DNA from: Candidatus Acetothermia bacterium
GTDB taxonomy: Bacteria; Bipolaricaulota; Bipolaricaulia; RBG-16-55-9; DRXL01
DNA: 63,822 nucleotides
Direction: 5' to 3'
Assembly: GCA_022683945.1 (NCBI GenBank)
Contig: JAJHSH010000027.1
Coordinates: forward strand, 1 to 63,822
How positions within the stretch are numbered: position 1 is the first letter of the stretch; every line of letters begins with the position of its first letter. Under the pieces are notes generated by a model that searched no databases, was not told where the DNA came from, and saw nothing but the letters and a program-made list of their open reading frames with translations. Positions 16,912 through 24,989 of the stretch are shown here, piece after piece. Position numbers and translations under genes: made by a program.

Positions 16912-16916
16912 CTTCA

Positions 16917-16943
16917 TTAGCAGACTCATATATACTCTGCTAA
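16917..16943. promoter_or_regulatory. CIRCE-like inverted repeat (possible HrcA-type heat-shock operator)
   Basis: TTAGCAGAC-TCATATATA-CTCTGCTAA compared with the CIRCE consensus TTAGCACTC-N9-GAGTGCTAA. The 9+9+9 geometry is the same and the TTAGCA/TGCTAA arms are conserved. It overlaps the predicted transcription start. Confidence 0.4.
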
Positions 16944-16961
16944 TGCAAGGAGTGAGCTAGA

Positions 16962-19451
16962 GTGATTCGCTTTGATCGCTTCACTGAAAAAGCCCAAGAG
17001 CTCTTTCGCGACGCGACGGATCTGTTAGAGAAATACAGACAGAACCAACTGGACGTCGAGCATATCTTTTATACGCTTGCTGCCAAGTCCGGCATCGGCG
17101 GTGAATTACTAAAAGAGATGGGCGTCCCCATCCCCGGCCTGCTCAAAGATTTAGAGATTCTCTTGGGCGAAAAACCCAGCATCTCCACTACGGTGGGACA
17201 ACAGATCTACATCACCCCGCGACTGGAGATGCTCGTCAAGTCGGCGCACTTAGAGGCCGACCGGCTCAAAGACGAGTTTGTCTCTATAGAACATCTCTTG
17301 ATTGCCATCAGCCAAGACCCCAACACCAAGCTGCGGCGCGTGCTGCACAAATACGGGATCACCCCGGAGACGGTCTATCAGGCCCTCTCCAAAGTGCGCG
17401 GGGCGCAGCGCGTCACCGACCGAGAGGCCGAGAGCCGCTACCAAGCCCTAGAGAGATTCTCGGTGAATCTCACGGCCTTGGCCAGAGAGGGAAAGCTCGA
17501 TCCCGTCATCGGGCGCGCGCGCGTGATCCGCCGCGCCGTGCAGATCCTCTCGCGCCGCAAGAAGAACAACCCCGTGCTCATTGGGGAACCCGGCGTGGGC
17601 AAGACCGCAATAGCTGAAGGCTTAGCACAGCGCATCGTCGTCGGCGACGTCCCCGAAACACTGAAAGAGAAAGAGTTAGTTCAGTTGGATTTAGCAGCGC
17701 TGGTCGCCGGCACCAAATTTAGAGGGGAGTTCGAAGAGCGCTTAAAAGCCGTCATCAGCGAGATCGAGAACGCCAAGGGGGCGATCTTAGTATTTATAGA
17801 CGAGCTGCACACGGTGGTCGGCGCGGGGGCCGCCGAGGGCGCCATTGACGCTTCCAATATTTTAAAGCCCGTCTTGGCCCGCGGGACTTTTCAAGTGATC
17901 GGCGCGACGACTTTGGACGAGTATAGAGAGCATATCGAGCAGGACCCGGCACTGGAGCGGCGCTTTCAAAAGATATTAATAGAAGAGCCGTCGCTGGACG
18001 AGACCCTTGCTATCTTAGAAGGGATGCGCAGCAAGCTCGAAGCCCATCATAAAGTGAAGATCACCGACGGCGCGCTGCGCGCGGCGGCCCAGCTCTCGGC
18101 GCGCTATATTTCCGATAGATTCTTGCCCGACAAGGCGATAGATTTATTGGACGAAGCCGCTTCGAAGCTCCGGGTAGACCGGACCTTCGCGCCCGAAGTC
18201 CAAGAGATCACCGAGAAGATCAAATTATTAGAAGGGCGGTTGAAGAACTTGAGGCCCTCACCCCGGCCTTCGGCCACCCCTCTCCCGTCTGGACGGGAGA
18301 GGGGGCTGGGGGGTGAGGGCCTAGCAGCGCAACAAATCGAGAGAGAGCTCGAACGCTTGCAGGCCGAAAAGACCCAGCGCGAAGCCCAGCACGCCCAGCG
18401 CGTGCAGCTGGAGCCTATCGTCAGCGAGCGCGAGATCGCCGAGACGGTAGCTCTCTGGACGGGCGTCCCCGTCGAACAACTCTTCGAAGGTGAACGCGAA
18501 AGATTGGCAAAACTCGAAGAGCGTCTGCACCAGCGGGTCATTGACCAGAACGACGCCGTCAAAGCGATCGCCCAAGCGGTGCGCCGCGCCCGCGCCGGAT
18601 TAAAAGACCCTAAGCGTCCTGCGGGCAGCTTCTTGTTCTTAGGCCCCACCGGCGTGGGCAAGACCGAACTCTCCAAAGCGCTAGCCGAGGCCCTCTTCGG
18701 CGACGAGAACGCCCTTCTGAGATTCGATATGTCCGAATTTATGGAATCGCACTCGGTCGCCAAGCTGATCGGCTCTCCCCCCGGCTACGTCGGCTACGAA
18801 GAGGGCGGCCAATTAACCGAAGCCGTGCGCCGCAAGCCCTATAGAGTGATCCTCTTCGACGAGATCGAAAAAGCCCATCGCGATCTCTTTAATATTCTCT
18901 TGCAAGTCCTAGACGACGGGCGGCTCACCGACGGGCATGGGCGCACCGTAGATTTCAAGAATACTCTTATTCTGATGACCAGTAACTTGGGCAGCGAGCA
19001 GATCGTCTCCTCAATTGCTCAGTTGGGGTTCGTCAGCGAGAAGAGCGACGTGCACGAGCGCTCCTATCAAGAGATCCGAGAGCGCGTCTTAGCTGAGGTG
19101 CGCAAGTTCTTCCGGCCTGAATTTATTAACAGATTGGACGGGCTGATCGTCTTCCGCCCGCTCTCCAGAGAGAATCTCTTGGAGATCGTCGAGCTGAAGT
19201 TAGAAGCGTTGCGCCGGAAGCTCGCCGAGCGGGAGATCTCTCTAGAAGTGAGCGCTCCGGCCAAGGCGCTCTTAGCTGAGAGGGGCTACGACTTGTTCTA
19301 CGGGGCACGTCCGTTGCAGCGCGTCATCCAAGACGAAATCGAGAATGAGCTGGCGATGCAGATCGTCGAAAACAAACTAAAAGAAGGGGAGACGGTGCGC
19401 GTGGACGTCGTAGCGGGGCAGTTCAAGATCGTTGTGGAAGCAACTGTTTAA
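16962..19451 (+). CDS. clpC: class I Clp/Hsp100 AAA+ chaperone, ClpC-type (829 aa)
   Basis: Two Walker A motifs ([16 protein letters not shown]), a Clp_N N-terminal domain and a short middle domain. A ClpP-docking-type loop [10 protein letters not shown] in D2 aligns with IGL of ClpA and LGF of ClpC and is absent in ClpB. GTG start with AAGGAG upstream. Confidence 0.85.
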   Translation: MIRFDRFTEKAQELFRDATDLLEKYRQNQLDVEHIFYTLAAKSGIGGELLKEMGVPIPGLLKDLEILLGEKPSISTTVGQQIYITPRLEMLVKSAHLEADRLKDEFVSIEHLLIAISQDPNTKLRRVLHKYGITPETVYQALSKVRGAQRVTDREAESRYQALERFSVNLTALAREGKLDPVIGRARVIRRAVQILSRRKKNNPVLIGEPGVGKTAIAEGLAQRIVVGDVPETLKEKELVQLDLAALVAGTKFRGEFEERLKAVISEIENAKGAILVFIDELHTVVGAGAAEGAIDASNILKPVLARGTFQVIGATTLDEYREHIEQDPALERRFQKILIEEPSLDETLAILEGMRSKLEAHHKVKITDGALRAAAQLSARYISDRFLPDKAIDLLDEAASKLRVDRTFAPEVQEITEKIKLLEGRLKNLRPSPRPSATPLPSGRERGLGGEGLAAQQIERELERLQAEKTQREAQHAQRVQLEPIVSEREIAETVALWTGVPVEQLFEGERERLAKLEERLHQRVIDQNDAVKAIAQAVRRARAGLKDPKRPAGSFLFLGPTGVGKTELSKALAEALFGDENALLRFDMSEFMESHSVAKLIGSPPGYVGYEEGGQLTEAVRRKPYRVILFDEIEKAHRDLFNILLQVLDDGRLTDGHGRTVDFKNTLILMTSNLGSEQIVSSIAQLGFVSEKSDVHERSYQEIRERVLAEVRKFFRPEFINRLDGLIVFRPLSRENLLEIVELKLEALRRKLAEREISLEVSAPAKALLAERGYDLFYGARPLQRVIQDEIENELAMQIVENKLKEGETVRVDVVAGQFKIVVEATV
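18253..18321. repeat. family A palindromic repeat inserted in frame inside clpC (69 nt = 23 codons)
   Basis: ggccctcaccccggccttcggccacccctctcccgtctggacgggagagggggctggggggtgagggcc is translated as [23 protein letters not shown]. The flanking sequence, LEGRLKNL / [14 protein letters not shown], is continuous coiled coil. Confidence 0.9.
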
Positions 19452-19454
19452 GAA

Positions 19455-19503
19455 CCCTCACCCCATCCCTCTCCCTTGAAGGGAGAGGGCGCAGGGTGAG
19501 GGT
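19455..19503. repeat. family A palindromic repeat
   Basis: ccctcaccccatccctctcccttgaagggagagggcgcagggtgagggt. It starts 3 nt after the clpC stop and is preceded by TAAGAA, as at 411 and 7657. Confidence 0.9.
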
Positions 19504-19548
19504 CGGTTGCCTTGGGCACAACAACTCGTTAAACTTAAAACGAGTGCT

Positions 19549-20109
19549 ATGTCTGTACAAATTACCAAGCGGCTCTTCACTGTGACGGAGTACTATCAGA
19601 TGGCGCAGGCGGGTATTCTCTCTGAGGACGACCGCGTCGAGCTGTTGGAGGGGGAGATCATCGAGATGAGCCCGATCAGCAGTCGTCATGCTAGTTGCGT
19701 TAGCCGTTTGAACTACGTTCTTCAAAGTCGCGTGCAGGATCGCGCGATCGTCAGCGTGCAAAACCCCGTACGCTTGAGCGAGCATTCCGAACCTCAGCCA
19801 GACTTGACTTTACTCAGGCCACGCGCTGATTTCTACGGCGTGGCTCATCCTCAACCCCAAGATGTGCTCTTACTCGTGGAAGTCTGCGAGACATCCACAC
19901 ACTTCGACCGGCGAGTTAAACTCCCCCTCTATGCAAAAGCGGGTATCCCCGAAGTCTGGCTCGTAGATCTCACCCAACAGCAGATCGAAGTCTATCGTTC
20001 TCCTTCGCAGCAGGGCTACAGTCAAATTCAGACGTTCGTGCGTGGCCAATCTCTAACCGTAGAAACCCTGCCGGAGATAGAACTGAATCCGGAAGAGATC
20101 TTAGGCTAA
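19549..20109 (+). CDS. Uma2 (DUF820) family putative endonuclease
   Basis: FTVTEYYQMAQAGILSEDDRVELLEGEIIEMSP...PDLTLL...LLLVEVCETS...KLPLYAKAGIPEVWLVDL has the PD-(D/E)xK-like Uma2 pattern. The internal ATG at 19549 is preferred. Confidence 0.8.
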   Translation: MSVQITKRLFTVTEYYQMAQAGILSEDDRVELLEGEIIEMSPISSRHASCVSRLNYVLQSRVQDRAIVSVQNPVRLSEHSEPQPDLTLLRPRADFYGVAHPQPQDVLLLVEVCETSTHFDRRVKLPLYAKAGIPEVWLVDLTQQQIEVYRSPSQQGYSQIQTFVRGQSLTVETLPEIELNPEEILG

Positions 20110-20567
20110 AGCCGGAGCTGCAAGAACCCCAACGTCGCTAAAGTCACCAGGAGACCGGCAATGGCCACCCCCAGCGTGATCAACGGGAGCGCATATCTGA
20201 GCGGAATCCCAAAGAGATGCGTGATCAAGACCCCCGTCCACGCTCCCGTCAGCGGCAGAGGAATCGCCACAAAGAGCACCAGCGCCAGCGCGCCAAAGCG
20301 CTCCACCAGCGCGCTGTGTCGCTTGCGCGTACGCGCAAAGAGCCAGATGATCAGACGCTCCAGCGCTGAGAGCCGGCGCAACAGGTTCGTCAGCGGCTCC
20401 AAGAGCCAGAGCAGCAAGGGCACAGGCAGCAGATTCCCCAAAACCCCCAACAGATACGCCGTCACGGGGTCGAACCTGTAGACCCCCATAGCCAAAGGGA
20501 TCGCGCCGCGCAGTTCGCTGAAGGGCAGAGATGCAACGACAAGCACGACGAGTATTGACTCAAGCAT
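20106..20567 (-). CDS. small multi-TM membrane protein (COG2426 / small multidrug export-like)
   Basis: LPFSELRGAIPLAMGVY...GNLLPVPLLLWLL with about 4 TM helices. The start was moved to the ATG at 20567, because the ORF-track start at 20582 lies in a repeat. Confidence 0.55.
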   Translation of the reverse strand: MLESILVVLVVASLPFSELRGAIPLAMGVYRFDPVTAYLLGVLGNLLPVPLLLWLLEPLTNLLRRLSALERLIIWLFARTRKRHSALVERFGALALVLFVAIPLPLTGAWTGVLITHLFGIPLRYALPLITLGVAIAGLLVTLATLGFLQLRL

Positions 20568-20573
20568 AGTTCT

Positions 20574-20620
20574 CACCCTCACCCCGGCCCTCTCCCTGAC
20601 TAGGGAGAGGGGGTAGGGTC
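20574..20620. repeat. family A palindromic repeat
   Basis: caccctcaccccggccctctccctgactagggagagggggtagggtc. Confidence 0.8.
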
Positions 20621-22301
20621 ATAGCTCCAGCGCCGCGCGACAGGTCCCCGCCCGCTCGCTCTTTGCTATCACACTCAACTCCCCGCGCCCGCGCACCAGC
20701 CACTCGATCTTCCTCTCGCTCTCTTTGCTCGTGCCCCGAAAGGCGTGATAGGACGTCCACGGCTGACAGAGCGCCGTCGCCACACCCGCCAAGTGCTCGA
20801 TCTCTTGCTTGGGTCTCCCCAGCTCCAGCGTCGCGCTCGTGGGCAGTTGCAGCTCGACTTGGATGGGCTGAGAGAGCTTCTTCTCCAAGGCCCGCTGCGA
20901 GACATAAGTGGGCAGCCAGCCGTCGTTCTCCAGCACCAAAGAGATTCTATAAAGATCCGCGCCGACGGGCTGCGCGGCGAACTCACGAATCCGCAGACGC
21001 GGCGAGGCCGCAGCGTGTCTCAAGCTGAAGAGCATGTTCTTGTGAGACTCTTCTTGCAGAAACTTCGGCGGCGGATTCACCCAAGTATAGAGCAGCCGCC
21101 AGCCGCCGATCTCCACTCTGCCCAACTGGGGATGCTCAAAGGGCGTCCAAGACTGAAAACCCTCTCCGTTGAGCTCCCGATCACACCAGCGCAAGAGCTT
21201 TAACTCGTCCTCTTCGCTGCGCTCGCGGAAGAACTGAATAAAATCTTTGACTTCGATCCCCGCGTGGGAAGCGATGCTCCACAGCTCCGTCGTGTACGCG
21301 AAGACTCCGTAATTATCATAGGCCCAGTCGTCGAAGACCCCGGTGATCGGCTTATTTTTGTCATAGCGAAACTCGTCGTTGACCGAGACGCAGCGATAGC
21401 CCGTCGCGTCGGTGCCGCGCTCGCCGATCGCTTTATAGACGGCCAGATCGAAGTTGGGGAAGGCCGTATCGGGTTTGCCGCTATAGGGTCTTAGGATGAC
21501 CCCACTCGTGGTGTGATAGGTCAGCGCGCCGCAGATATTTTTGTGCTTATAGAAAAATTCTACGACGGCGCGCACTTCGGACTCTGAGGTCGGGTACTCC
21601 CCCGCGCCCTGCTGCCCCGACTCCACTTGCCACTCGTGCGGGAAATTTCTGTTCAGATCGAGACCATAGGGCGTCGGCGCAACTTCCTTGCGAAAGCCGT
21701 CATAGTTGAGAAACGTGCCCTCAGCGTAGAGCCTATAGAACGGTCCGTCGAGATCGTCGGGCCTGCGCTTGAGCATCAATCTTGGGTCTTTCTGGGAGAT
21801 CTTCCATTCGCCCAAGGGGTCTTTCACGCGCATCTGTAAGATCTCCCCATCGCCGTTGATGTCTTCAGGGTGCAGGCCATCGCGGATCTCATCGAAGGGA
21901 TAGCGGCGCACGCTGGAGCGCACCCATTTATGGGTCTTCAGCAGATATTCGGTCCCGTCGGGGCTCATTCTGGGAAGAATATAAAACGCGCGCGTATCGA
22001 GCAGATGCGTGACCAGACGGTCTTTATTATGATTTTCCAAGAGATACCAGATCGTATAGAGCGCCACGGCGCTGCCGCACAGCTCGACGGCGTGAATATT
22101 GGCGTCGATCCAATAAGCGGGTTTCTCGCTGTCCGGCCCGGTCTGGGTATTCGTCAAGACGGCCAGCCATAGGTCACGCCCTTCATAGCTCTTGCCAATC
22201 GTCTCCAGACGTATAAGCTGGGGATAGGCGTCGGCGGCCCGGCGCAGAAACTGCACGACCTCGTCATAACTATAATAACGCGCTGCATCGTAAGAGAGCA
22301 T
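20619..22301 (-). CDS. M14-family zinc carboxypeptidase, no signal peptide (560 aa)
   Basis: YYSYDEVVQFLRRAADAYPQLIRLETIGKSYEGRDLW..., the HxxE zinc site in WIDANIHAVELCG, and MSPDG. Confidence 0.8.
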   Translation of the reverse strand: MLSYDAARYYSYDEVVQFLRRAADAYPQLIRLETIGKSYEGRDLWLAVLTNTQTGPDSEKPAYWIDANIHAVELCGSAVALYTIWYLLENHNKDRLVTHLLDTRAFYILPRMSPDGTEYLLKTHKWVRSSVRRYPFDEIRDGLHPEDINGDGEILQMRVKDPLGEWKISQKDPRLMLKRRPDDLDGPFYRLYAEGTFLNYDGFRKEVAPTPYGLDLNRNFPHEWQVESGQQGAGEYPTSESEVRAVVEFFYKHKNICGALTYHTTSGVILRPYSGKPDTAFPNFDLAVYKAIGERGTDATGYRCVSVNDEFRYDKNKPITGVFDDWAYDNYGVFAYTTELWSIASHAGIEVKDFIQFFRERSEEDELKLLRWCDRELNGEGFQSWTPFEHPQLGRVEIGGWRLLYTWVNPPPKFLQEESHKNMLFSLRHAAASPRLRIREFAAQPVGADLYRISLVLENDGWLPTYVSQRALEKKLSQPIQVELQLPTSATLELGRPKQEIEHLAGVATALCQPWTSYHAFRGTSKESERKIEWLVRGRGELSVIAKSERAGTCRAALEL

Positions 22302-22390
22302 AGAGCCTCCTTTGCTTTCTCTCTCTGTAGTTCGCCCTAGGCTGTTTTTGCAAAGAGAGCTTTATTCTACTAAAATATCCCAAAGCGAGC

Positions 22391-23863
22391 ATGGGAGGGA
22401 TCGCTGTGAAGTTCGCGCTCACGTTCGACGATGTTCTCTTAGTTCCCCGGCACTCACAGATCCTGCCCCACGAAGCCGACGTCTCTACACGGTTGACCCG
22501 CACGATCACTCTTAAAATCCCCATCTTGAGCGCGGCGATGGACACCGTAACAGAAGCCCCGATGGCGATCGCGATCGCCAAAGAAGGCGGCTTGGGGATT
22601 GTTCATCGCAACCTCTCCCAAGAACGCCAGGCCGAAGAGGTGCGCAAGGTCAAGCGCTACGAGGCGGGCATCATCAAAGACCCTCTCGCGCTGACCAAAG
22701 ACGAACCCGTCGAACGCGCCCTGAGACTGATGGCCGAGCACACTATCTCCGGCGTCCCCATCATTGATCCCAAGACCGGGGTCTTAGAGGGCTTGATCAC
22801 CGTGCGCGATCTGCAATTACAAGAAGACCTCGACGAGCCTATCAAAAACCGAATGACTCCGCGCGCCAAGCTCATCACCGCCCCGCTGAACGTCCCGCTC
22901 GCCGAAGCAAAAAAACTTTTGCAAGAGCACCGGATAGAGAAACTTCCGTTGGTGGACGAAAAATTCAGGCTCTGTGGGCTGATCACTATTAAAGACATCA
23001 AGAAGGCCGAGCGCTTCCCCAACGCCCTGAAGGACAGCCACGGACGCTTGGTCGTGGGCGCGGCCGTGGGGACGGCGTTAGAGATGGAGCGCGAGCAGCT
23101 CTTAATAGAAGCGGGCGTCGATCTCTTTGTCATAGACACGGCGCACGGGCATACCGAGCGCGTCTTGGCGAAAGTGCGCGCCCTCAAGCGCATCTTTAAA
23201 ATAGACGTGATCGCAGGCAACGTGGCGACTGCCGAAGGCACACAAGCGCTCATAGACGCGGGCGCCGACGCCGTTAAAGTGGGCATCGGCGGCGGCTCGA
23301 TCTGCACCACGCGCGTCGTCACGGGGGTGGGCGTCCCCCAGCTCTCTGCTGTTCTCGACTGCGCTCAAGTCGCCCAGAAAGATAAGATCTCTCTGATTGC
23401 CGACGGGGGGATTCGCTACTCCGGCGACCTCGCCAAAGCGCTGGCCGCGGGCGCGAACGCCGTGATGATCGGCGGTCTTCTCGCCGGCACCGAAGAGGCT
23501 CCGGGAGAGATCTTCACGCTCAAGGGCGAGAGCTATAAGACTTATAGGGGGATGGGCTCCATCGGCGCGCTCAAAGAGGCGCCGCGCGGCGACCGCCGGT
23601 ATTTTTGGGACGACTCGGCCGAGCCCATCGCCGAGGGAATCGAAGGGCGCGTGCGCTACAAGGGCAGAGTCGTCGATGTGCTCTATCAGTTGGTGGGGGG
23701 CTTGAAAGTGACGATGGGCTACTGCGGCGCGGAGAATTTACAGAGACTCCAAGAGACGGCCGAGTTCGTGCAGATCACCCGCGCCGCTTTGATCGAAAGC
23801 CACCCGCACGACGTGCAGATCACCAAAGAAGCCCCTAATTATAGATTTAGCGATGAATCCTAA
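22391..23863 (+). CDS. guaB: IMP dehydrogenase
   Basis: [10 protein letters not shown], a CBS pair, the catalytic loop [14 protein letters not shown], and GGIRYSGD. The exact start is uncertain (ATG at 22391 or a nearby GTG). Confidence 0.95.
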   Translation: MGGIAVKFALTFDDVLLVPRHSQILPHEADVSTRLTRTITLKIPILSAAMDTVTEAPMAIAIAKEGGLGIVHRNLSQERQAEEVRKVKRYEAGIIKDPLALTKDEPVERALRLMAEHTISGVPIIDPKTGVLEGLITVRDLQLQEDLDEPIKNRMTPRAKLITAPLNVPLAEAKKLLQEHRIEKLPLVDEKFRLCGLITIKDIKKAERFPNALKDSHGRLVVGAAVGTALEMEREQLLIEAGVDLFVIDTAHGHTERVLAKVRALKRIFKIDVIAGNVATAEGTQALIDAGADAVKVGIGGGSICTTRVVTGVGVPQLSAVLDCAQVAQKDKISLIADGGIRYSGDLAKALAAGANAVMIGGLLAGTEEAPGEIFTLKGESYKTYRGMGSIGALKEAPRGDRRYFWDDSAEPIAEGIEGRVRYKGRVVDVLYQLVGGLKVTMGYCGAENLQRLQETAEFVQITRAALIESHPHDVQITKEAPNYRFSDES

Positions 23864-24299
23864 AGAGACTCCCCCTTCCCCCATCCCTGCGCTGAGCGGG
23901 CTCGGCGCCTACGCGCAGCGCTCGCGGCGCAATCTCATTATTGGGGGCCTCTGCGGGCTTGCGGCCCTGGGGGTTGGGTTGGCGTTGGAGTTGGACGCCC
24001 TGCGCCTCGGGCTTATTCTTCTGACTATCGCATTAGTTATCGCTCTGGAGATTCTGAACACGGCGATAGAGTTGCTCCTAGATATTGTTCATCCTGACTT
24101 CAACTCGGCCGTCAAGCACGTCAAAGATCTGACGGCCGGAGCCGTCTTGATAGCCGCCATCGGCGCTCTGGCTCTGGGTCTGTTGCTCGTCTGGGAGCCG
24201 TTGGGGCTGCCGGCGTTTGAGCTGGTGCGCTTCTTCGTGATCGCGGGCCTGGGGATCTTTTTGTTGGGTTGGGTCTTGTCGAGCTTCACGGAGGGTTAG
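23853..24299 (+). CDS. dgkA: diacylglycerol/undecaprenol kinase family membrane protein
   Basis: ALEILNTAIELLLDIVHPDFNSAVKHVKDLTAGAVL, with 3 TM helices. Confidence 0.75.
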   Translation: MNPKETPPSPIPALSGLGAYAQRSRRNLIIGGLCGLAALGVGLALELDALRLGLILLTIALVIALEILNTAIELLLDIVHPDFNSAVKHVKDLTAGAVLIAAIGALALGLLLVWEPLGLPAFELVRFFVIAGLGIFLLGWVLSSFTEG

Positions 24300-24331
24300 C
24301 CGCCGCCGTTGCTTCGTCTGAAGTCAAGCCC

Positions 24332-24360
24332 TTGCAAGATGTGAAGATTTTTGCTATGCT
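24332..24360 (+). promoter_or_regulatory. candidate extended -10 promoter
   Basis: TTGCAA (24332-24337), 17-nt spacer, TGC-TATGCT (24352-24360). It would give a roughly 300-nt AT-rich leader before the small ORF at 24669. Confidence 0.35.
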
Positions 24361-24668
24361 TTTGGAGTAACTTACAGACCCTAAGGGAGGCGATAACAAA
24401 TGCTTAAGATTATAATAAACGTTCCCACGGGTCTGTGGGTCTTCTAGCGTCCTCCTGCACGAGCATCGCAGAGAAGCCTACAGACTCCTCGGCGCGGCTC
24501 GACCGCTCGCGAACGGAATTTCTCTTTTTCATCCCATCGTTGCCAAACGTTGAGCCGTTCTCGGATCGTCTCTGAACTGAGATTTCACGCCCATAGCACG
24601 GATTTAGGACTCTGTTATGTTTATGCTAGAAAGTGTAAAGTGTAAAAAGTGTAAAAAAGGAGGTGAGC

Positions 24669-24872
24669 ATGAACGAGATGTATCTGCCGCCTATGTTGGA
24701 GCAGATCGCCCGACATAGATACGAAGCCCTGTTGCGAGAGGCCGAGCAGAAGCGCCTCTTCCGGCACGCTGCGTCTTCCAGAGCGGGACTCGCAGATCGC
24801 GCGGCACATAAGCTCGGAGATCTCCTCATCGAGATCGCCGCACGGTTGCAACGGCAAAGACCCGTTCTCTGA
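24669..24872 (+). CDS. small hypothetical protein (67 aa, helical, Arg/Ala/Glu-rich)
   Basis: A strong RBS AAGGAGGTG lies 3 nt before the ATG, and a terminator follows. No recognised domain. Confidence 0.5.
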   Translation: MNEMYLPPMLEQIARHRYEALLREAEQKRLFRHAASSRAGLADRAAHKLGDLLIEIAARLQRQRPVL

Positions 24873-24951
24873 GCGCAAGAGATCGGTGAGAACTGAGCAA
24901 GAAACGGCATTTTATAGATTTATAGAAATAGAAGTGAGGACGGATCGTGAA

Positions 24952-24989
24952 GCGCCCCGGGGAGCGACAGCCCGGGGCGCTCGGTTTTT
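24952..24989 (+). terminator. rho-independent terminator between convergent genes
   Basis: gcgccccggg / gagcgacag / cccggggcgc followed by TCGGTTTTT. The MFS gene stop codon (24988-24990) abuts it. Confidence 0.6.

Noticed and set aside
16962-19451. Calling the Hsp100 gene clpB
   Set aside because: The middle domain is only about 75 aa without the repeat, whereas ClpB has about 120-150 aa. D2 also carries a QLGF loop at the position of the ClpP-docking IGL/LGF tripeptide of ClpA/ClpC, which ClpB lacks. I called it ClpC-type, but this rests on remembered alignments.
20619-22301. The two M14 carboxypeptidases (20619-22301 and 52067-53695) as a duplicated system
   Set aside because: They differ in size, signal peptide and sequence and are 30 kb apart. 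They are probably unrelated family members, one cytosolic and one secreted.
22270-22581. 103-aa minus-strand ORF overlapping the guaB start
   Set aside because: It overlaps the guaB 5' region and the divergent intergenic region, and has no support beyond being open.
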